A DNA stretch of 64,000 bases, taken from NCBI RefSeq assembly GCF_037042905.1, contig NC_087250.1, positions 16,308,001-16,372,000 on the forward strand. The letters run 5' to 3'. Positions 40,240 through 50,558 of the stretch are shown piece by piece. The notes beneath the pieces were generated by a model. The model saw nothing but the letters and a program-made list of their open reading frames with translations. It was not told the origin of the DNA and made no database searches. This DNA comes from Lytechinus pictus (Eukaryota). The position numbers and the translations under genes are program-made. Numbering within the stretch: position 1 is the first letter of the stretch; every line of letters starts with the position of its first letter.

Positions 40240-41459
40240 ATAATGTTTCCACTACAAGATTCTTGGGTGTCCTTATTGACGACAAATTATCCTGGAAGCC
40301 TCATATCGATAGTATATGTAAAACAATTTCTAGAAACATTGGAATTATTAATAAACTCAAACATTTTCTCCCTTCCCGCACTTTGTTAACATTATATTAC
40401 ACCCTTATTCTACCATATATTAATTATGGAATTATTGCCTGGGGATGTGCAATACAAACACAACTAAATAGAATATTACTTCTCCAGAAAAAAGCTCTAA
40501 GAATAATTTTTCAAACACACTTTAGATCACATACTGATATCTTATTTTTTGAAAATAACATTCTTAAAGTAAGTGACATATATCTTTTCGAACTTAGTCA
40601 ATTTATGTTCAAATTAAGCAAGGACGACCTCCCCGCCATTTTCTCTAATATGTTCCGTAAAAATGCATCCGTACACTGCTACCCAACAAGGCAACGACAA
40701 TATTATCATCTTCCTTTAACAAGAACTCTATTTGCAAAGAATTCATTTGTCTTCTCCGGGCCTGCCTACTGGAACTCTCTGCCTCAAGATTTCAAAGAAT
40801 CCCCCAACGTAAATATTTTTAAACGCAAACTGAAAAAAATGTTAATTCTGCAATACTCGCTGCAAACAGGTCAAGCTGTGAACAACTAATTTAATTATAC
40901 TCGACTTTTGTGTACATGCGCCCATATTATGTACACAAGTCATGTATATTATTTGTTTTATTTTTTCTTCTTAAAATTGCAATTAGCCAAATTACCTGCT
41001 CCTGCTGCCCGCCTTCTTCTTTCTTTCTACTTACTGTACTGCACCCCTCTTTCCCTCCTGTCTTCTCCCCCTCTCTTATAATATTGTAAAACTTAATATT
41101 CTCTCACACAATCCATCAGTTACGTTTTTGTCAAGTGCATAAAATTGTTTGTATTTATTTTTAAACAAAGTTATTATTTAGACCCAATATTTATTTGTTG
41201 TAATTTTGTAATGGAACTAAGAAAGGGGCTTGCCTCTTGTACAAGCTTTGCTTTTTTCGGCAAGTCCCTCCGTTTTACTTTAAATACAAATGTCATTTGA
41301 GATATCTTTATTTACTGAATTATGTTCCTTAAATTTATGAATATGTTATATAAATTATATTTTGTCTGGTAGTATTTTTGACCTTGCTATGTTATGTTCA
41401 TCATATTATGTACAATTGTAAAACGGAAATAAATAAATCAAAATCAAATCAAATCAAAT
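40240..41459 (+). mobile_element. 5'-truncated L2/Crack-group LINE 3' end
   Basis: LGVLIDDKLSWKPHI, LYYTLILPYINYGIIAWG, LQKKALRII, WNSLP; AATAAA then (AATCA)n tail; GTTCTTA duplicated at 40233-39 and 41460-66. Confidence 0.9.
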
Positions 41460-42465
41460 GTTCTTAGGTCATAACTCAATTACATAGGGATGTCACATAG
41501 TAAAAGGATCTCCAGTCGTGTGTAAAGTCAATCGTATCTTACAAGCAGCTTTATGAAACACCCACCAGTGGTAAGTATCATGGTAACACTGATCAGCAGC
41601 CAATCAGAATCAAGGATTCCATGCAAGCTACCATTATGGTAACTTTTATGCAACAGGGCCCAGGTCATAGCATTTTGAAAGGTAAACGGATATCTTCCTC
41701 GTGTATATTCCTCATGGAATATTTTTAGATGGCAATTGTGCGTGACAATGAAACTTTCAGCACACAATTGGTTTTCTTTTTCACCATATTTAATGAATAA
41801 TGAATGTCAATGTCCCCCAAAATTTTTTACATAAAAAATAGATATTGGTAGTAATTATAAATATGCCAACATGTGTTCCTGTTGTGGTTGGTTTTGATAT
41901 TGTGCTACACTGTACAAATCAATATTGAATTGGCACTCTGGGCTGAAAAAAACAAATCAGAAAAATCAAACAAACAGAAAACAAAAAAATTGATCAAAAT
42001 CGGACAACGAATATCAAAGTTATGGCATTTTAAAGATTTGCATTATTTCGGTAAAACAGTTCTTGGCATGTCTTTTTTAATATTCAAATGAGAAAATTGA
42101 TGTCATATCCTCACTTGTTCTTTGTAATTTTATTATACTAAATTATCGATTTTTTTCCTCCAAGATCTAAAAAAATGGATTGACATCAAATTCATTGCTG
42201 CAACTGACTTCATTATAATGGCGACATGTCATTCACACACGTATGAAAAAATGAAGCAATTATGATTTAAAGAAAATGGAAAGTGGGGATGTGAGTTATA
42301 ATTCATGACAACATGCATAAACATGTATAACTATGTTCACAATTGCTAAACTTTAAGATTAAATAACATCGCTATTTGTTACCAGATTTTGATGAAATGT
42401 TCAGCGTGATGCTCTACTAATTTTACCTTAAGATATAAATAATTCAACCCAGAGTACCCCTTTAA

Positions 42466-43068
42466 AGGTCAAGTCCACTTCATAAAAATGTTGATTTAAA
42501 TCAATAGAGAAAAATCCAAAAAGCATAATGCTGAAAATTTCATCAAAATCGGATGTAAAATAAGAAAGTTATGGCATTTTGAAGTTTCGCTTATTTTTCA
42601 CAACAAAGTTATATGCACAAATTAGTCACATGCAAATGAGAGAATCAATGATGTCCCTCACTCACTATTTCTTTTGTTTTTTATTGTTTGAATTACACAA
42701 TATTTCAATTTTTACGGATTTGAAAATAAGGACCAACTTGACTAAACCATAAAATGTTAAACAATGGTAGTTCCACATGTTCAGTGAGAAATAAAACTTT
42801 GTTTCAAAGGACAATGAGGAGAAAATTAGAATATTTCATTTTTCATACAATAAAATACAAAAGAAATAGTGAGTGAGTGATGTCATCAGTTCCCTCATTT
42901 GCATACCGACCGGGATGTGCATACAACTGTTTTGTGAAATTAATCAAAACTTAAAAATGTCATAACTTTCTTATTTTACATCCGATTTTGATGAAATTTT
43001 CAGTGTTGTGTTTGTTGGATTTTTCTCTTTTTATTCAAATCAACTTTTTGTTGGGGTGGACTTGCCCT
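42466..43068. mobile_element. TTAA-site (Kolobok-like) MITE, family B
   Basis: TTAA|AGGTCAAGTCCAC ... GTGGACTTGCCCT|TTAA; a partial copy lies at ~22575-22990. Confidence 0.85.
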
Positions 43069-44164
43069 TTAATGACCGGGGGAGGGGAGATGGCTGAAAG
43101 AGAGAATGCGAACCAGGCTGAAGGCAGAGAGAAATAGAGAGTGAGGAAAAAAGGGCAAAATGAGTGAGGGATAAGAGAAAGGTGAAGATAAATAAGAGGG
43201 AAAGAGAGTAATATGAAGGTCAGGGTTAAGGAAAAGGAAAAAATAAAGTGAGAGGGAAAGAGGAGAGAAATAAGAAAATAGGAGAGAAAATTAAATAAGA
43301 GTTGGAGATAGAAAAAAATAGAACACTGATGTAAAGAGAGGGGGGGAGGGGGTTACGGATATAAAGAAGAGAACAATGGGTAGAAGAAATGGGAGAGATG
43401 GTGAGGAGGGCAAATAAAACAGATCAATAACTGTCAATTACTTTTACAGCATAGAACCACATCCACCTACTTGCCTAGTTTCTGGGAGGGAGAAGGGGGC
43501 AATATCACAATTTTTAAATATGACCCGTGGAAATTGAGGGTGAAGCACCCCCCCCCCCTCCTCGATTTTTCTGAGAATGCTACATTACATCATAGGCAGC
43601 AGCCCTAAGAATCAGGATGGTATGCCATCAATGCGAAAATGTAAAAAAATGTACAACATCTGTTTGTTTCTATTTTTCACCATCCACAGCCAAACAGAAG
43701 TTCACAGAATATCATTAAGCGTAATATTGAAAATGAAAATACACAATAGAAACTAAGCATAAACAAAACATGTTTGAAATAACTTGTTAAACTAAAACAT
43801 GGCTTTGAATAAGCATTCATTAAAATGCAGTACAAAAAAAGAAGTCTTAACCATGACCAGGGGCATTGCAAATACCAGTAAAACTCTATTACAAATGGAA
43901 TAAAACAAGTACAAGAAAGCAACACATTTTACATCATAATTGCAACGTTTGAGCCATCATGAGACAACTGATTATTTCTTCTTTTATATCATTTTAAAGC
44001 TTAGGATTTGCTTTTCAAAACTCAGTAAAAATCTCAGAGGTCAATTCAGGTAACTTATTGTTAATTTCGGGGTGCTGGCCACATTTCACCAGCTTCTCGC
44101 AAGAAAAACGGACAAGGAGAAATAACCAGTCTAGAATATAACAAGATTAAAATCCTTTCTTAAG

Positions 44165-45087
44165 GACGTTCCACAGTTATGTTTGTGCGCATTATGATCT
44201 GCGCATAGTTTACACTCTGCGCGCTGACGTCACAATGGATGAACATGTGATTAATTAGCTGCGGGTATGAGCTGATTTTTCTCATCTTCTGCACTTTAAC
44301 TGCAGATCCGATGCGTTATGTCATGAAGCTAAAAAATTGAATTATTCCATGGACCATTCAAAAAAAATTCTCTACAGTTTCCAAATACTTTACTCTGCAG
44401 TGCAGCCAAGAATCACGAATATTACCCCGAGTTTGAATAAATGGTAGAGTGGTTTAGATTTTTTCTTCACATAGATACAAGGCATTCGGCGCATTTTTGG
44501 TGTTTAAAAAGCACATTTGCTCTAATAAAAATGCTGATAGTTTAAAAACAAGCACATGAACCCCTATTTTTTAATGTTTGTACCTCTTAGGTATACCCTC
44601 CTCTACAACTCTGCAAATTTTGGTGAAAATGACATGGATTTTGAATAAAGTGCAGCATTTATTGTACGTTTATAGTTTGTGGCTGAAATTTTACATTTTT
44701 AGATCTGGAATTTGTTATCTTTTACGACATTTTCAAGAACTGAAAGTGCTGTTAAACTTAAAATTGCAAACAAATAGCACTATAAATAGATTCTCCATTC
44801 TAACGATATAATTATTAACTCTCTCGCGAAATTTGATGACTTTTTCATGTATTTTGACTGAGTAATACAGGTTTAAACTCATTGTAGTAATCTTGGGCGG
44901 TCTAAAAATGCCAAATTCTTTTGAATGCGCAATTCTTAAGAACATCAATTTGGGTGAACTTTGAAGCTCTATAGCAAAAAATCAAGCACATGGACCAATG
45001 TTAATTTTTGCATATTTCGAATATTAAGGTTCTTAAGTATCTATGTGCAAAGTTTGGTGAAAATGACGTGGATTTCACTTTAACTGT
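44165..45087. mobile_element. TTAA-site element, family C (right tip lost)
   Basis: Colinear, same-orientation match to 58139-59025. Confidence 0.8.
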
Positions 45088-45739
45088 GCAACAATTCACA
45101 CACAACAGGAACAACAAACTTTAACCCTTGATTTAACATCGATTTATCCCAAACATAACCTATAAAACCTAGCATAAAACTGCAACTCTAACACTATACA
45201 TGTACTGTTTCTTAGACGAAATAAAAGCCTGGAGCAATTGTCGCAAAGTACTGCTACCCCCTATGTTCCTTTATATTTTGGTCAGTACGCTGGTATGGAA
45301 ATGGGGAGTTGATAAAACCAATTTTTAGTTTTTTTTTATCATTTAGTTAAAAGAAATATAAACTTTAATTGTAAGAAGGATGAATTATTCCGTCTTTCCC
45401 TCATTATAAAATTAACAAGATTTCCTTACTCTTGAACATGTGAAACTGCATGCCTTTGTTGCATCCTGTACAGATGCTTGTTTGAGAATGGGGGGGGGGG
45501 GGGGTTCTATACATGCAAGTGTGACATATTCAGTATCTACTTTGTATAACACCCGAGTTTTGTGAAAATGGGCAAACCTTTCAAATGTTGTATCGTTCTT
45601 AGTTTACACTTCACAGTGCATTCAACTTTGATAAAATTTGAAATGGCATGCCTCTTCTGACTTACATTGTACACAGTAGGCCTACACTGTATGTTTATTA
45701 ATGTAGAAATCAGCTTTTAGCTGAGGTGATCTTTGACCA

Positions 45740-47728
45740 TTAACTATAAGTACCCAGACGCATGAAATACAAACGGCATCCATTGGCAAAGGCAATGAGA
45801 TTCGGGGTTACACTGACTAAGTAACACCAATTGTTTGCGCGATCAATTATATGGGGCAACCTGAGGGACTCATAAGTTTTTGACTCAAAGGTCGCATTCC
45901 CTTTGATGATGTATCGCGTCAACTGGAAGGAATCAGAATCGTCGTGTACGCTGGCTATCAGCAACCTATCTCTACTGTCAACGGCAGTGTATAAGTGTTC
46001 GTTGTCATCACTGGCCACTCTCGCTACCATAAACTTTGATGACCCAGCCTGACCTATTTCTTCATATGCTACAACCCTCTTGGAAGTACAATTACTGCTA
46101 CACGTAGAGCAGATTACTATACCCCTTTTTGTTACGCATACCTGTTCGGCGCCTGCAACAAGTTGCATACATGTAACTAGACGAGGGGTGTTCCGCTCCA
46201 TTTCAGACTTGTCTCCGAAATCAAACAAATCGAGGCGGGACGAATGGACAGCGTATACCTTATCCTTTTGATCTGTACATAACATGTACTCCTTCTTACA
46301 AGAACGGCCACACTTAAAAGTCGCATCAGGTCCGTTGAAGTGCCCGGATTGAAAGGTGTATAGCCGACATTCCTCTTTCACCGATGTGGCCACTCTGCCA
46401 TCGGAAAGGAAGGCAATGTCACTGACAGGGCCAAGCAGATGTCTTTGCCCGAGCAATTCACTCCTTCCATCAGCATAAAAAAAGTCAACACCATCTCGTT
46501 TCTGGCCGTAACTTACCATGACAGCATCAACATAAGGTACCGCTGCTAAGCCACTAATGCTAACTGGCAGAACAATCTCATTTGAAATGGCCAAAGACAC
46601 TGTCTGTCCTTGTGTAGGAGGGTTTTGGATCCCACTAGTTCGTGGTATATCATCTTCCTGCATATTTCGATTACTGCCGTCACATCCAGTGATTTCTTGT
46701 GGATGGTCCCTCCCTCTTTCATCTCCAGTCCTATCCCTTGCACCATCATGATCATGATCAGTCGATCCTTGCTGAAGCCTGCTCTTGGTGATATCCTCAT
46801 CAACATATCCTATTTCAAGAATCGTATCAGAAGCTTCACGAAACTTGATATCATTAATTCTCTCTTTGGCAAGAAGCACCAGAACGTCACTTGGGTCTCT
46901 CTCTAATTCTTTTTCGAAATTTTGGAAATCCATGTAACGGGCTGCATTAGAGTATGTAATGTTAGAAGGACCTGATGAAGCTTCTAGTGACATAAAGTCA
47001 GACTTCTCCCGAATAGTCTGCAAAAGATTTGCCTGTTGTGCGATAAACTCTTCACATACTATGCTACTCTGGTCCTCAATGGAACATAATTTTTGCAACA
47101 GACTACGATATTTCTCGGCAAGATCTTGGACCATCTTATGGTGAGAGTTCTTTATTTTGGTAGCGATATCTTCGAGAAGAATTTGCATATCCTCCATGTG
47201 TAGCTCAACATCAGAAATAGACCGCTTTATTTCCGCTTGCTTTTCCTTCGATTTACCTAGAAGAGATTCTCTTTTCTTTGTCAACTCTGAGTCCAGCTCT
47301 TCCTGCTTCTTAAACCTGTGCCCTTGGTGTTTATCAAAGAAACAAGCCAGACAGGTGAATTCCTTACAATCTTCACACAGAATGTCAGTGTAGACCTGGC
47401 TGTGGAGCGAGCAGTACTCTATTTTCCCTTTGCTAGGCGATTCCTGTGGGTTCGACGCTTTCGAGGGCGATTCGTCACAGAGGCCTATCATCGAGAAATT
47501 GGGCACGAGTCCATCAATTCTTTTACTCCCCAGCTTGGTTCGTTTCTTACAGACCGGGCATTCCATGTACTTCTGGTCAAGAAGCTGGCAGTCGTACTTG
47601 TTCAGGCAAACCTTGCAGAATGTATGACCACAAGAGAGCAGGGTGGGAGACTTGAGATTGTCAAGACACAGCGGACATCGCAGACTTTCAGACAGAGACA
47701 GTCCTGCCTTTTCAGCCTTCCTCTTCAT
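45740..47728 (-). CDS. TRIM-family E3 ubiquitin ligase (RING, B-box2, coiled coil, degenerate NHL/beta-propeller-like C-terminus), 662 aa, single coding exon
   Basis: C3HC4 RING CPLC..CGHTFCKVC..CPVC; B-box CSLH..CEDC..CLAC..HQGH; helical K/E/Q-rich segment; beta-rich C-terminus (GPVSDIAFLSDGRVA, TAVDSRDRLLIA). The first ATG is at 47728. A pyrimidine-rich AG acceptor at 47751-47752 (minus strand) implies an upstream 5' exon that I could not locate. Confidence 0.9.
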   Translation of the reverse strand: MKRKAEKAGLSLSESLRCPLCLDNLKSPTLLSCGHTFCKVCLNKYDCQLLDQKYMECPVCKKRTKLGSKRIDGLVPNFSMIGLCDESPSKASNPQESPSKGKIEYCSLHSQVYTDILCEDCKEFTCLACFFDKHQGHRFKKQEELDSELTKKRESLLGKSKEKQAEIKRSISDVELHMEDMQILLEDIATKIKNSHHKMVQDLAEKYRSLLQKLCSIEDQSSIVCEEFIAQQANLLQTIREKSDFMSLEASSGPSNITYSNAARYMDFQNFEKELERDPSDVLVLLAKERINDIKFREASDTILEIGYVDEDITKSRLQQGSTDHDHDGARDRTGDERGRDHPQEITGCDGSNRNMQEDDIPRTSGIQNPPTQGQTVSLAISNEIVLPVSISGLAAVPYVDAVMVSYGQKRDGVDFFYADGRSELLGQRHLLGPVSDIAFLSDGRVATSVKEECRLYTFQSGHFNGPDATFKCGRSCKKEYMLCTDQKDKVYAVHSSRLDLFDFGDKSEMERNTPRLVTCMQLVAGAEQVCVTKRGIVICSTCSSNCTSKRVVAYEEIGQAGSSKFMVARVASDDNEHLYTAVDSRDRLLIASVHDDSDSFQLTRYIIKGNATFESKTYESLRLPHIIDRANNWCYLVSVTPNLIAFANGCRLYFMRLGTYS

Positions 47729-47786
47729 GATGCTTGCAAGCAAAAACAACCTAAAGAATGAAACAAGGTGTAAGTTTTGAAATTAA

Positions 47787-48171
47787 AGATAAATTCCAGT
47801 TCTGGTAACGATCTCAAAATGACTTTTTACAGAATCTAATATAATGACCACCCAAGTGTATGTTTGTATGAATAAAAAATATGTGCCAAAGGATTCTGAG
47901 AGAAATTGTGTAATTGCTGAGAAATAAGCGCGGATTCGGTCATTTCCGTCGGGTCTTTATTCCCGCAATAATAATACACTGTCCCACGTGTGCCTATCTG
48001 TGTTGGTGATCTTCAGTGTCAACATTTTTCAGCGTAGATTTCAAGATTTCACAAAGTTCAGTTTATGTTACTGTACCAGATCTAGATCCTCGATGATATA
48101 CTGACAATTAAGCCTGGTTTTACAGACTTTCTCATGAAATCAGTGTTTACTGCAACTACTGGCATTTCTCT
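47787..48171. mobile_element. TTAA-site MITE just upstream of the TRIM splice acceptor
   Basis: TTAA|AGATAAATTCCAGTT ... TACTGGCATTTCTCT|TTAA (imperfect TIR). Confidence 0.7.
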
Positions 48172-48239
48172 TTAAACTTTTAATCTAAAATCTAACAAAA
48201 TCAATGAGGAAATTAAAATGAAAATAATTTAACATATAT

Positions 48240-49135
48240 GTAGCAGCAGTGCTGATTTCGAAAACTACTATAAAATAATTGTTCACAAAAAACACCATTC
48301 ATATAATGATACAATACTACGCTCATTGACACTAAATGATATTTGACCTTGATCATGTGACCTAAGACTTGCCAGCGAACTACTATCATTTCATAAACTT
48401 TGAAAGTTATGACAGCAATTTTTATAATGATTTGACTTTAGTCATGTCACCTGGAACTTGCACGAGATGTTCAGTGATACTTGATTACTCTTTATATGTC
48501 TAAGCTTTATGAACTAGATCCATACACTTTCAGAGTTATGATGGTTATTCAAAAAATACCCCCACAAGGCCAAAGTTAACTGACCTTTGACCTTGGTCAT
48601 GTGACCTGGAACTGGCACAAGATGTTCAGCGATACTTGATTACTCTTATGTTTACGTTTTATGAACTACAACAATACACTTTCAGAGTTATGATGCTAAT
48701 TCAACAAATACCCCCAAACAAGGTCAAAGTTCATTGACCTTAAATGACCTTTCACCTTCGTCATGTGACCTAAGACTCGCACAGGATGTTCAGTGATACT
48801 TAATTAGATTATGTCCAAGTTTTATGAATGAGATCCATAAACTTTCGAAGTTATGATGGTACATGTAATTCACCAAATACCCACAACTTGGTCAAAGATC
48901 ATTGATCCTAAATGACCTTTGACATTGGTCATGTGACCTAAAACACAGGAAGGATCTCCAGTAATACTTCAGTAACCTTATGTCCAATTTTCATGAACTA
49001 CGTTCATATACTTTCTAAGTTATGCTGTCATTTCAAACACTTATCCTTCGGTTAATATTTGATGTGGATGCAGCTGCCGCCGTTCGGATAAGTGGCGCTT
49101 ATTTTTAGTCTCACTCTACTTTGCAGGTGAGAAAA
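48240..49135 (-). mobile_element. Third, more diverged copy of the Helentron-like element
   Basis: Reverse-complement match including TGACCTTTGACCTTGGTCATGTGACC units and the GCAGGTGAGA terminus. Confidence 0.75.
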
Positions 49136-49913
49136 AAATTCAGCTCATGCTTCACGCTTGCATAATCTTTATAGACCCTAATTGTCCAATTACAGATGTG
49201 GAATCTGAGTTTGTGTTGAAACGTTTAGTTTTCACCTCAAAATATCAAAAAAATTATGCTCAAACTTTGATTACATAACTGCACAAATACAGTAAAATTC
49301 ACAAAGCAAAATGCTGAAAATTTGATCAAAATCGGATAACAAATAACAAAGTTATTGCATTTTAAAGATTTGCATTATTACGGTGAAACAGTTCTAGGCA
49401 TGTCTTTATGAATATTCATTAGGTGGGCTTATGATGTGCTTCATCTATGAAGTGTTTCAGTAACATCTTGGCCAAATACAAGTTTCCTACCATTGAAGAC
49501 CTCATTACGAATCCCATTCCCTACAACTCATGGAAACGGAAGGTGAAGAATACAATCTCTCTATCTGCTGAGCAAACTACACTAGATGGTGCATCTGTTA
49601 AGTCCTCTCTCAAACTCTAGCTGGCATGGGAAAACTATCAACCCTAAGAATCTCTACCCCAAGGATCCTCCATCAACTATCATCAGACAGGCATTAATCA
49701 TCAGAGCACAACATGTGACAACATATCTCACCCGAACTCGGCTCACCAAACTCAAGAAAGAAACTGATTCGAAATGTCCACTCTGCCATGATGATGATAC
49801 AGTGACTCATGTTATTGCTGCTTGTCCGTCAACCCTCCATCTCCGCACTGATCTTCTGGCCAAAGTGAGTAAACTTTTACGAGATGCTCTTCAACCCTCT
49901 CCAAGAATTACTC

Positions 49914-50438
49914 GGTTACACTTCGTAATTCCGAAGGTTCGTAATTCCGAAGGTTCTTTATTTCGAAGGTTCGTAATTCCGAAATACGCAAATTGCCTAT
50001 ACCTCGATGTTCGTTAATCCGAAAACGTAAAAGGGTTCGTTAATCCGAACATTTGTGGCGTTATTCCGAAGGTTCGATAATCCGAAAACGAAATAAGGTT
50101 CGATGTTCCGAAGGTTCGTTAATCCGAAAACGAAATAAGGTTCGTTGTTCCGAAGGTTCGTTAATCCGAAAACGAAATAAGGTTCGTTGTTCCGAAGGTT
50201 CGTCAGTCCGAAACGAAATAAGGTTAGTTAATCATTTAGTTTTCGGACTAACGAACCTTCGGAATTACGAACCTCATTTCTTTTTCGGATTAACGAACCT
50301 TCGGAATTACGAACCTCACTTCGTTTTCGGACTAACGAACCTTCGGAATTACGAACCTCATTTCGTTTTCGGACTAACGAACCTTCGGAATTACGAGCCT
50401 TCGGAATAACCAAACCTTCGGAATTACGAATGTATGCG
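49914..50438. mobile_element. Foldback-type MITE built of short CGAACCTTCGGAAT(T/A)A repeats
   Basis: Left half has TTCCGAAGGTTCG repeats and right half their reverse complement. 9-bp TSD GAATTACTC (49905-13, 50439-47), which is Mutator/Foldback-like. Confidence 0.85.
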
Positions 50439-50558
50439 GAATTACTCTACTCAACACCCAGGATCCCTTCGAAATGACTTGCGCCATTCTCTTGCCGCAT
50501 GACCCTTCCCTTCCTCATTCTGTTAACGATTCCATCCTGAAGATGACTCTTCATTATA

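Noticed and set aside
46080..47761. Several + strand ORFs overlapping the TRIM gene
   Set aside because: Antisense shadows of the real coding strand with no domains.
49914..50438. Short regularly spaced partly palindromic repeats resembling a CRISPR array (also 37427-37806)
   Set aside because: The spacers are themselves repeated, the array flips orientation midway and has a 9-bp TSD. There are no cas genes and the context is eukaryotic, so this is a foldback MITE.
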